Source: an uncultured bacterium (GTDB lineage Bacteria > Patescibacteriota > Patescibacteriia > UBA1558 > GWA2-36-10). From it: a DNA stretch of 64,000 bases. The notes beneath the pieces are model-generated. The model had not been told where the DNA came from. It did not search any database and worked only from the letters and a program-made list of their open reading frames with translations. Below are positions 50,994-59,726 of the stretch, piece by piece. A program made the position numbers and the translations under genes. Positions within the stretch are counted from its first letter, which is position 1. Every line of letters begins with the position of its first letter. The stretch covers positions 8,402 to 72,401 of the forward strand of contig CAINYB010000007.1 of assembly GCA_903855135.1 (NCBI GenBank), given 5' to 3'.

Positions 50994-51218
50994 ATGTATA
51001 ACTCACACGGATCAGATCAAAGACACTCAGGTGGCGGTCAAAATCGCTTTGGTCAAAGATCACAAGCCCCAAGACAAATGATACAAGGCAATTGGCAATG
51101 TTCAGAATGCCAAGCCGAAATCACTGAGCTACCATTTGAACCAGATGGCGTTCGCCCTATTTTATGCCGTGACTGTCATCGTGCAAAAAATGCTAACAAA
51201 CCACGTCGTAATTTCTAA
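50994..51218 (+). CDS. CxxC-x17-CxxC zinc-ribbon protein
   Basis: CSEC...LPFEP...RPILCRDC; own promoter and terminator. Confidence 0.85.
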   Translation: MYNSHGSDQRHSGGGQNRFGQRSQAPRQMIQGNWQCSECQAEITELPFEPDGVRPILCRDCHRAKNANKPRRNF

Positions 51219-51374
51219 ATAAACATACAACAATACGCCACCCCGCTTCGCGGGGTGGCGTATTGAATTTATAAATAGAGAATTTTAGACTCCGCCGAAG
51301 GCGGAACGCACCTTCTCCCCCAGATCCCCGCGTAGACGGGGAATGGGGAGATCGAGAGGGGGTATTTTAGTTTA

Positions 51375-51474
51375 TTGTTCAAAGGGCTAGCTGCCCATTT
51401 GCATCCAATTGTTCAATCAAGCAAGGAGGGATGCTGATAAACGTTCAGATGCGGATAGCTAGCCCACTAAACAA
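51375..51474 (+). ncRNA. Candidate long-hairpin RNA (unassigned)
   Basis: GGGCTAGCT/AGCTAGCCC, ATTTGCATC/GATGCGGAT and ATCAAGCA/TGCTGAT nested stems. Confidence 0.4.
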
Positions 51475-51578
51475 CAATTTTGTAACTCGTGACAAAAGCT
51501 AGAATTTATGCTAAGATCAGACAAGTTTTCCTAAATTTTAGGTGCCAAAAAATTATCATAAGCCAATTAGTTTGTCAA

Positions 51579-54578
51579 ATGTGGAAAACTTTTAAACTAG
51601 CTAGCGCCCTGACGCCAGTCCAACAAGTTATCACTTTATTAAACAGCCCCCTATTAGATCAAAATAAGGTGTTTTTGTGGTGTCTAGAAAATAATCAGCA
51701 AGTCAAAACCTATACTGATTTACTCAAAAATTTACAAAAACTTTACCCAAAAAACAAACAAATTATAGCTTGGCCACAACAAGCTGAAGCTAAACTGGAT
51801 ATTTTGACTGCTTTATTTAATAATCAGCCAGCTATTATTTTGACTACCGTAGATAATCTAAATACCCCAGTGCTAAATTGGGATTATCTTAAAAATAATC
51901 AATTAAATCTAAAATCTGGCCAAAACATCGACTTAAATCAGCTTGCTTTAGACTTAAATGCTTTGGGCTTAAGTCGTGAAGCGCAAGCTTGGGAAGAAAA
52001 TACTTTTAGTATCCGTGGTAGTTTAGTAGATATTTACCAAAATCATCAGCTCTATCGCTTCAATATCTGGGATAATAAACTAGAAGATTTACAAGCGATT
52101 AATCCTTGGCAAATTGATGACATAAAAAAAATAGAAAATTTTTCCATCTTTCCTTTGAGCTTACCCTATAAATATAATCTCGCCGAGCATTTACCAAATT
52201 TTTGTGGCTTGATTTTTGAACAAAATTTGAGCACAACTTTTAGTGAGTTTGCTAATCCACAAATTATTTTTGACTCACTTAGTAAAAAAGCTGACGAGAC
52301 TTTATATTTTACTAATATAAAAAATCAACTTTTAAGTACCCAAGAAAAAAATGATTTACTCTTAAACAAAACTGATTGGCAAATCATTATTTTTAGTAAA
52401 AACTTAGAGTTAAGCAAACATTTTTTTAGTGATCTATCCGGCATTCGCCGGAGTGAACAAATTAATTATGATTTAATAGATTGGCAACAAGGTCAGATTT
52501 TACCAAGTAGTTTTAGCTGGCCAGCTAAAAAAATCTTAATTTTAAATGAAAATTTATTTTTCCTCCAGGAAAGTATCACTAAACAAGCTAATGTTCAAGA
52601 ACAGTTTGCTCTAAATTTTGATCTTGGAGATCTAATAGTTCATCGTGATCATGGTGTCGGTGTTTTGAAAAAAATAGAAACTCTAAATATCGATGGACAA
52701 AATAAAGAATACTTAGTTTTGGCTTATGCCGAAAATGATACTTTGTTTGTGCCGCTAGAGCTAGCTGACAAAGTAGAAAAATATTTAGGCCCGAGCTCGC
52801 CTAAAATCCATCGCTTGTCTATCGGCAATACTTGGCCACAGACTTTGAAAAAAATCAAAGAAGACACGTTAGTTTTGGCTAACCAATTATTAACTGTCGA
52901 GGCAACTAGAAAATTACACACTAGCCCAAAAATCATCGCCTCTACTTTGACAGAACAAGTGTCCCAAGATTTTCCGTATAATTTAACTCGTTCACAAAAT
53001 GTGGCTTTACTAGATATTTGGCAAGATTTTAAATCCGGCAGCCCGAGTGATCGTTTGATTTGTGGTGATGTCGGCTTTGGTAAAACTGAAGTGGCTTTGC
53101 GTGCTGCCACCGCTGCTATCGAAAATGGCTGGCAAGTAGCGATCCTTTGCCCGACGACTATACTTGCTCAACAACATTATGATAATTTTATTAATCGCCT
53201 AGAAAAATACGGCGTCAAAATCGCTTTACTTTCTCGCTGGCAAACACCGGCTGAAATCAAAGATAATATTACTAAAATCAAAAATGGCGAGATAGACATC
53301 GTGATCGCTACACACCGTTTATTATCTAATGATATTCATCTACCAAAATTACGATTATTAATTATCGATGAAGAACAAAACTTTGGCGTCAAAGATAAAG
53401 AAAAAATCAAAAAACATCAAAGTAATATCAATCTTTTGACACTTTCTGCTACTCCCATACCACGTACTTTAAATATGGCCTTATCGATGATCAAAGATAT
53501 TTCCTTGATCAGTGATCCGATAGATAATCGACATGATATCATCACTCAAATAGCCATGACTGATGATGAAATTATTAAATCTGCCATCTCTCAAGAGCTA
53601 ACTAGATCTGGCCAAGTTTATTTTTTGCATAACAAAGTGGCGACAATTAATTTTGCTCTAGAAAAGATCAAAAAACTTTTTCCTCAAAGCAAAGTGGCTT
53701 TAGCCCACGGTCAACTCGATGATAAGACTTTAGCTGACACCATGCATGCTTTTGATACTGGACAAATAGATATTTTAATTTGCTCCACTATTATTGCCAA
53801 CGGCTTAGATATCGCTAACGCTAATACTTTAATAGTGACTGAAGCAGATAAATTTGGCCTTAGTCAGCTACATCAGTTGCGTGGCCGTATTGGTCGTTCA
53901 GAAAAACAAGCTTATGCTTATTTTTTATACTCTGTACCAAAATTAAAAACTCTAGCTTCTAGACGCTTAGGACATTTGAAACTCGCCTCCGCTTTGGGTG
54001 ATGGCTTTAAAATAGCAAATTATGATTTAGAATTGCGTGGTGTCGGACAGATTTTAGGCAAAGCCCAATCTGGTAAAGTCAAAAGTATAGGACTCGGTCT
54101 TTATCAGCAATTAATCGCCGAAACTATTGCCGAACTCAAAGGACAAATTTTGAAACCTTGGCGTGATGTAGAAATAAAATTAAATTTAGACTTAAATCTG
54201 CCAAAAAACTTTTTTAATTCTATTGCCGAAAAATTAAGTTTTTACCAAGACTTAACGAGAATAAAAGATTTAGAAATAATTTCCCAAAAAATAAAAGAAA
54301 CAGAAACTTTAGCTTTAAAAAATATTTTACATTTACAAGCCTTTAGAATCTTGTGCCAAAAAACTGACATCACAAGCATTCAAGAATATAAAAATAGAGA
54401 TAAAGAATTTATTAGTTTTAATTTTATTAATATTTTAGACTATAAAAAATTAGAAAAATTATTAGATTTAAATCCAGCTTGGAAATTTACTGAACAACAA
54501 ATCAAAATCGAAAAAAATCAGCTCAATAAAAATCTTATTCAAGCTATCAGTGATATTATAAAATTTTGGCAAAAGTAA
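51579..54578 (+). CDS. mfd: Transcription-repair coupling factor (divergent N-terminus; start likely ATG 51579)
   Basis: CarD-like VHRDHGVG, CGDVGFGKTEVA, DEEQ, QLRGRIGR. Confidence 0.92.
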   Translation: MWKTFKLASALTPVQQVITLLNSPLLDQNKVFLWCLENNQQVKTYTDLLKNLQKLYPKNKQIIAWPQQAEAKLDILTALFNNQPAIILTTVDNLNTPVLNWDYLKNNQLNLKSGQNIDLNQLALDLNALGLSREAQAWEENTFSIRGSLVDIYQNHQLYRFNIWDNKLEDLQAINPWQIDDIKKIENFSIFPLSLPYKYNLAEHLPNFCGLIFEQNLSTTFSEFANPQIIFDSLSKKADETLYFTNIKNQLLSTQEKNDLLLNKTDWQIIIFSKNLELSKHFFSDLSGIRRSEQINYDLIDWQQGQILPSSFSWPAKKILILNENLFFLQESITKQANVQEQFALNFDLGDLIVHRDHGVGVLKKIETLNIDGQNKEYLVLAYAENDTLFVPLELADKVEKYLGPSSPKIHRLSIGNTWPQTLKKIKEDTLVLANQLLTVEATRKLHTSPKIIASTLTEQVSQDFPYNLTRSQNVALLDIWQDFKSGSPSDRLICGDVGFGKTEVALRAATAAIENGWQVAILCPTTILAQQHYDNFINRLEKYGVKIALLSRWQTPAEIKDNITKIKNGEIDIVIATHRLLSNDIHLPKLRLLIIDEEQNFGVKDKEKIKKHQSNINLLTLSATPIPRTLNMALSMIKDISLISDPIDNRHDIITQIAMTDDEIIKSAISQELTRSGQVYFLHNKVATINFALEKIKKLFPQSKVALAHGQLDDKTLADTMHAFDTGQIDILICSTIIANGLDIANANTLIVTEADKFGLSQLHQLRGRIGRSEKQAYAYFLYSVPKLKTLASRRLGHLKLASALGDGFKIANYDLELRGVGQILGKAQSGKVKSIGLGLYQQLIAETIAELKGQILKPWRDVEIKLNLDLNLPKNFFNSIAEKLSFYQDLTRIKDLEIISQKIKETETLALKNILHLQAFRILCQKTDITSIQEYKNRDKEFISFNFINILDYKKLEKLLDLNPAWKFTEQQIKIEKNQLNKNLIQAISDIIKFWQK

Positions 54579-54606
54579 AGAGCCCGACGCACGCGTCGAG
54601 CTCTGT

Positions 54607-54810
54607 TCAATGTTGACTACCCTGCCTTCTGTTCTGCAAAATTTGGCTAATCAACCTAGGAAATGCATTATTGTAAAATGCCCACCAAGCAGTTCGCAGA
54701 GCATCAAGACTATAACCTGACAATTCTTTTCTTGTTATCTCAATGCCCTTAATTTGACACGATGCAATAAGTTGGCTTATCGCATCTTTTTTGTTTGTTG
54801 GACCATACAT
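54607..54810 (-). CDS. Small hypothetical protein, 67 aa (start refined to ATG 54810)
   Basis: AAGGAG RBS, upstream TTGACA, shared terminator with mfd. Confidence 0.6.
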   Translation of the reverse strand: MYGPTNKKDAISQLIASCQIKGIEITRKELSGYSLDALRTAWWAFYNNAFPRLISQILQNRRQGSQH

Positions 54811-54921
54811 TGCCCATCTCCTTATCTTGTGAGGGAACTTCTTTTGCCTGCATACTACCATAAAAATAACTTTTTGTCAATTGCTAGTAAAATCAAAACT
54901 TGCTAAAATATAGATAAATAT

Positions 54922-55374
54922 ATGCCAGTTTTAGCCGACAACAAAAAAGCCTACTATAACTATCAAATTTTGGAAGAATTTGAAGCTGGTTTGGTATTGT
55001 CTGGCCCAGAAGTCAAAGCCGCTAAACTCGGTCATATCAATCTTAAAGGCAGTTTTGTCTCTATCAGCCCTGAAGGCGCTGTTATTAAGAACATGCACAT
55101 TTCCCCCTATCTCAAAGCCAAAATAGCCCAAATAAACTATGAACCAGCTAAAACCAGACAATTGCTCTTAAATAAACAAGAAATTGACCATTTAATAGGC
55201 AAAAATCAAGAAAAAGGCTTGACAATAGTACCCCTTTCGGTGTATACTACGCGGAGACTTGTGAAAGTAAAAATTGCCTTAGTTAAGGGCAAAAAAGAAT
55301 TTGACAAGCGTCAAACGATCAAACAACGCGATACTAATCGCGAGATCGCTCGCAAATTGAAAAATCGTTTTTAA
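54922..55374 (+). CDS. smpB: SsrA-binding protein
   Basis: NKKAYYNY, EAGLVLSGPEVK, KGKKEFDKR. Confidence 0.97.
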   Translation: MPVLADNKKAYYNYQILEEFEAGLVLSGPEVKAAKLGHINLKGSFVSISPEGAVIKNMHISPYLKAKIAQINYEPAKTRQLLLNKQEIDHLIGKNQEKGLTIVPLSVYTTRRLVKVKIALVKGKKEFDKRQTIKQRDTNREIARKLKNRF

Positions 55375-55757
55375 GGGGATGTTTTATATTTGACAATAAA
55401 TCAAATAATAGGCAGCAAGTTGAGCTGACTAACTCAAAAAATGGTCAAAAAGAATAAGTGCAAAAAACTTATTTGCGAAAGCCAAAGAACTTTTCCAAGT
55501 TCCTCAACTTTCACCAGTTTTAGCCTAAACTGCTAAAACCGTTCGCTATTTATTTGCTCAAAGGTAAATAAACGGACGTCATTCATTTGAGCTGTAGCAA
55601 AGATGCGCTAAGTGCTTTGCCAAATTAAATCTTAGCTTTAAGTCAAAGTGTTTTGTAATTTTTATAGCTTTGACTTGAACTTTAAAAAATTACTAAACTT
55701 GTAGAAGTTTGTTAAGCGATTTGTTAGACAGGGGTGTGATTCCCCTCATCTCCACCA
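55375..55757 (+). ncRNA. ssrA: tmRNA; tag (A)KNLFAKAKELFQVPQLSPVLA* at 55460-55528
   Basis: GGGGATG...CATCTCCACCA acceptor stem with G3-U, ATAAGT-GCA resume context, adjacent to smpB. Confidence 0.93.
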
Positions 55758-55931
55758 TTCGACTACGCTCTGCTGCGCAGAACTTCGCTCATGGTCTTCG
55801 ACCACTTTTGTTTGTATAATAAACAGGTCGAATGTCCCGAGCGCAGCCGAGGGGCATTGACTAATTTTTCCCATCTTTTTAATTCGCCTAAAACGAGATT
55901 AATAAGACCAAAATAATTATTAAAAATAAAT

Positions 55932-56480
55932 TTGAGAACAAAAAAAATGTATTTCAATCGGAGTCAGACTAGTTCCGAAAAAAAATTCCGTTTCAACGAA
56001 AGAATCAGAGTACCAGAGGTGATGGTCATAGATGAAAACGGAGAAAATATCGGCGTCTTAAAAATCGCCGATGCTTTGGCCCTAGCAGAAAGTAAAGAGT
56101 TAGATTTGATCGAAGTCTCACCTTTAGCTCAACCCCCTGTTTGTCGTCTGACTGATTATGGCAAATTCCAATATCAGCAAGCCCGCAGCCAACAAAAAGC
56201 TAAAAGTAAAGTAAAAAAAGTAGAAACCAAAGGCGTAAGACTTTCCTTTAAAATCGCTCAACACGATCTTGAAGTCAGACAAAAACAAGCTGACAAATTT
56301 TTAAGCCAAGGACATAAAGTTCATGTCGAATTACGCTTAAAAGGCCGCGAAAAAGCTTTTCGTGATAAAGCAAGAGAAGTTATCCAAGAGTTTTTAAACG
56401 GTTTAAGCCAAACTCATAAAGTAGAAAGCCCGATCAAACAAATGGGCGGAACATTAAGTACCCTTATTAGTAAACAATAG
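55932..56480 (+). CDS. infC: Translation initiation factor IF-3 (start uncertain)
   Basis: NERIRVPEV, PPVCRLTDYGKF, KGRE; first gene of infC-rpmI-rplT. Confidence 0.96.
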   Translation: MRTKKMYFNRSQTSSEKKFRFNERIRVPEVMVIDENGENIGVLKIADALALAESKELDLIEVSPLAQPPVCRLTDYGKFQYQQARSQQKAKSKVKKVETKGVRLSFKIAQHDLEVRQKQADKFLSQGHKVHVELRLKGREKAFRDKAREVIQEFLNGLSQTHKVESPIKQMGGTLSTLISKQ

Positions 56481-56487
56481 CAAAGTC

Positions 56488-56685
56488 ATGAAACTCAAAA
56501 CTCACAAAGCTTTAAAAAAACGTATCCGTATCACCGCTAAGAAAAAAGTGGTTATTCGTACTGCCGGCCAAGATCATTTTAACTCTCGTGAAAGCGGCAA
56601 AGTCAAACGCAACAAACGCCAAGACAAAACATTGGCCGCTGTTAATATTAAAAATGTAAAACAACTTTTACCATACAGCTTATAG
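56488..56685 (+). CDS. rpmI: 50S ribosomal protein L35
   Basis: KLKTHKALKKR, operon position. Confidence 0.93.
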   Translation: MKLKTHKALKKRIRITAKKKVVIRTAGQDHFNSRESGKVKRNKRQDKTLAAVNIKNVKQLLPYSL

Positions 56686-56722
56686 CCTAATGGTCCTAAC
56701 TAATAGCTAGAAAACGAAAACT

Positions 56723-57070
56723 ATGCCAAGAGTAAAAAGAGGCGTCACTCACGTCAAACGTAGAAAAAATATTTTGAAAAAGACCAAAGGTTATAACTGG
56801 GGTCGCAAAAATTTAATCAAACTTGCCCACACTGCTATCAATAAAGCTGGTCAACATGCTTTAGCTGATCGTCGTAAAAAGAAACGCGTCATGCGTCGTT
56901 TGTGGCAAGTAAAATTAAATGCCGCTGTCCATACCTTAGGTTTGAACTACTCCAGATTCATTGATATGTTAAAGAAAAATAACAGTGAATTAGACCGTAA
57001 AGTTTTGAGCCAAATCGCAGAAACTAGAAGTGCAGCTTTTGCTAACTTGGTCGCTGCTTTAAAGAAATAG
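56723..57070 (+). CDS. rplT: 50S ribosomal protein L20
   Basis: MPRVKRG, RRLWQVKLNAA, LDRKVLSQIA. Confidence 0.97.
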   Translation: MPRVKRGVTHVKRRKNILKKTKGYNWGRKNLIKLAHTAINKAGQHALADRRKKKRVMRRLWQVKLNAAVHTLGLNYSRFIDMLKKNNSELDRKVLSQIAETRSAAFANLVAALKK

Positions 57071-57089
57071 AAATACCCCCTGAATTATC

Positions 57090-57174
57090 GTCACCCTGTC
57101 TTCGACTCCGAGATCGCTCAGACTCGAGGAGAATTTATTTCAGGGTCTAGATTCTGAAACAAGTTCAGAATGAC
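57090..57174. repeat. Composite inverted REP doublet, second copy, inside the rplT terminator hairpin
   Basis: Near-identical to 22640-22723; enclosed by ATACCCCC...GGGGGTAT-TTT. Confidence 0.9.
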
Positions 57175-57261
57175 GTGTGAGGGGGGTATTTTAATTTTAC
57201 TAAAGCTCATCTGAATCAAACGTCTTCCGCCAAAGGCGGAAGCGACAGAAGGAATGTTTTT

Positions 57262-57642
57262 TTAATCAAATATACCTTTATGCGTTTGGATATAAATAAG
57301 TATGGCTAAAAATACTCCTACTGAATCAACTAAAATGTCTATCGGACTACCCTGCCGCCCTATCACACTTAATTGATGCAGCTCATCAATAAAAGCATAG
57401 AGCACAGATGCTATGACAACAAATAACAAATAATGCCGTTGAATGCTATTTAAACTATTAGCCAATAAATAGGCAAACATAAAAAACACAAAAATATGAG
57501 CTAATTTACGCAAAATTAGATCCTGCCAAGTTGGCAAACCACTCCTTAAATCAGGGATAGATGATAAATAAAAAATTAAGCCCGCCCACAAAATTGTGGC
57601 CAGTAAATAAAGTAGCCTAGTTTGCGTGTTTGTTAATTGCAT
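57262..57642 (-). CDS. VanZ family protein
   Basis: IFYLSS, RKLAH, DELHQ, GRQGS..D..D. Confidence 0.88.
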   Translation of the reverse strand: MQLTNTQTRLLYLLATILWAGLIFYLSSIPDLRSGLPTWQDLILRKLAHIFVFFMFAYLLANSLNSIQRHYLLFVVIASVLYAFIDELHQLSVIGRQGSPIDILVDSVGVFLAILIYIQTHKGIFD

Positions 57643-57794
57643 AAAAAATTATTAGTTAATCTCCTGTTCCTCCTACAGCAATAACTATATCTTTATTCCC
57701 GCCGAAGGCGGGAATACTACAGGCTCTTGTGTTGACAAAATAGCTAAAATAATGTAGTATTCTGATGTTCTATTAAGTTTTATATTTACTTGCT

Positions 57795-57871
57795 GGGGTG
57801 GTAGTTCAGCTGGTTAGAACGCCTGCCTGTCACGCAGGAGGTCGAGGGTTCGAGTCCCTTCCATCCCGCCA
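57795..57871 (+). tRNA. tRNA-Asp(GTC)
   Basis: Cloverleaf, CTGTCAC anticodon loop, GGTTCGAGTCC T-arm, encoded CCA; upstream TTGACA-17-TAGTAT. Confidence 0.97.
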
Positions 57872-58126
57872 CTCGATTCGCCTTTTGCTTCGCAAAAAGC
57901 TCACTCGTGGTCGTCGGTGTTTTCAACACCTTTGACCATTCTATATTATAGAATCGAGTGTCCTGAGCGCAGTCGAAGGACATTCGTTCAAACAAATTAG
58001 AAAAATCTAAAAAAGTTGAGATGAAATTTGTGACTATTCTTAGCTTTTTTTGTTTGCTAAAAAATTAAAGGCTACTTATATTTCCCCGCCTTCCCCGCGC
58101 ACGCGGGGACCAGGAAATTATGCTAA

Positions 58127-58915
58127 TTACTTAACTGGCTTAAACTTCTTGGCCATAAAAATAATTGCTACTAAAATTACTAGCAAACTTACTAACTGTG
58201 GCAAACGAAAGCCAAATAATAAAGGCGTGGGATCGATACGGACAAACTCTAAACTAAATCTAATCAAAGAATATCCTCCCAGATAAAGCCAAGTAATAGT
58301 GCCGAGAGGCAATTTTTTTTTGCTTAAAAAATATAAAACTAAAAATAAAACTAAATTTAAAATTGACTCATAAAAAAACGTCGGGTGAAAATAAGTAAAA
58401 TTTTCAAAACCTACTACTCTATTTTCTGAACTAATCTGTATAGCGTACCAAGCCTCAAGTGGCTTGCCAAATAATTCTTGATTAAAATAATTCCCCCAAC
58501 GACCAATACTTTGACCTAAAATCAAAGCCGGCGCTAACCAATCACTCAATTGATAAAAAGCTAATTTATATTTTTTAGCAAAAATTAGTAACGTAAAAAT
58601 ACTAGCTAAAATTGCCCCCTGAATCGCTAAACCACCTTGCCAAATTTGAAAAATTTCTAAGAAATGATGCTGATAATAAGCCCAGTTAAAAAACAAGACA
58701 TGGTAAAAACGAGCACCGATAATACTAAATAATACTAAATAAAAAAACAACTCATTAGCTTGTTCAATTTTCAGCTTGGTTTTATTTTTGGCAATTGCTT
58801 GGGCATAAAAAACCGCTACTAAAATAGCTGTTGCTACAATCAAGCCATAATAATAAACATGGAATGGCCCAAAGGCAAAAAACAATTTTGAAGGCAAACT
58901 ATCGTGCCACCACAT
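58127..58915 (-). CDS. lgt: Prolipoprotein diacylglyceryl transferase
   Basis: YYGL, GARFYHV, GGLAIQG, GRWGNYFNQELFG, HPTFFYE. Confidence 0.96.
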   Translation of the reverse strand: MWWHDSLPSKLFFAFGPFHVYYYGLIVATAILVAVFYAQAIAKNKTKLKIEQANELFFYLVLFSIIGARFYHVLFFNWAYYQHHFLEIFQIWQGGLAIQGAILASIFTLLIFAKKYKLAFYQLSDWLAPALILGQSIGRWGNYFNQELFGKPLEAWYAIQISSENRVVGFENFTYFHPTFFYESILNLVLFLVLYFLSKKKLPLGTITWLYLGGYSLIRFSLEFVRIDPTPLLFGFRLPQLVSLLVILVAIIFMAKKFKPVK

Positions 58916-59685
58916 TAAATTTCTTGCTTAAGAATGAAACCAATCACTTCCTCCCAAAGATCCATCGGTACCGCATGACCAATTAACTGACCATTTACTA
59001 CATAGCTTGGCGTGCCAGGTACACCAAGGTTCACACCCTGAGCATAATCTTGACGAATCTCTTGAGAAAATTTTTCACTATCTAAACAAGCATCAAAAGT
59101 AGTTTTGTCTAAACCAAGTTGAGCAGCATAAGCTTTGAGTTCTGGTTTAGAAAATTTACCCTGATTAGCAAACAATAAGTCATGATACTCCCAAAACTTT
59201 TTTTGTTCATTAGCACAATTCGCAGCGAGATGAGCATTAAAAACATTTTCGTGCAAACCTTCAGTCGGAAAATCTTTAAAAACAAATTTAACTAGTGGTC
59301 CAAATTTATCTAACATCGCTTTCAAGTCTTGCTGGTTATCTTTACTATAAGGACAAGCAAAACTTTGATAAGCCACTACATAAACTAATGGCTCATCAGT
59401 GCCTGTAGCAGGATCATCTTCAGTCAAAACTGCACTAGCCGCTTTTTGGTTCTGCTCATAGTCAGCCGCCGTCACCCAAGTCAAAGTAGTTTTATCAAAT
59501 ATATCACCCCGGTAAATATGTAATAAATTATTAGCTATCAAGCCAGCTACCCAAAGCACACAAACAACTATCAAACCAGCACCCAATAAGGTCCATTTCC
59601 CCCAACGGCGCTGATACCAAGCTTTAAAATAGCTTTGTGCTTTAGCCTGCTTGACTCGCTCCTCTATTTTATTTTTTATGCCCAT
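58915..59685 (-). CDS. DsbA/BdbD-like thioredoxin-fold membrane protein with CxxS site
   Basis: FACPYS, KDFP, CANEQKKFW, GTPSYVVNG. Confidence 0.85.
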   Translation of the reverse strand: MGIKNKIEERVKQAKAQSYFKAWYQRRWGKWTLLGAGLIVVCVLWVAGLIANNLLHIYRGDIFDKTTLTWVTAADYEQNQKAASAVLTEDDPATGTDEPLVYVVAYQSFACPYSKDNQQDLKAMLDKFGPLVKFVFKDFPTEGLHENVFNAHLAANCANEQKKFWEYHDLLFANQGKFSKPELKAYAAQLGLDKTTFDACLDSEKFSQEIRQDYAQGVNLGVPGTPSYVVNGQLIGHAVPMDLWEEVIGFILKQEI

Positions 59686-59726
59686 ATTTTTATATTTATT
59701 TATTCTAAATTTTCTCTTAACAAATC

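Noticed and set aside
57786-57995. Minus-strand 69-aa ORF
   Set aside because: It is antisense to tRNA-Asp and a repeat element.
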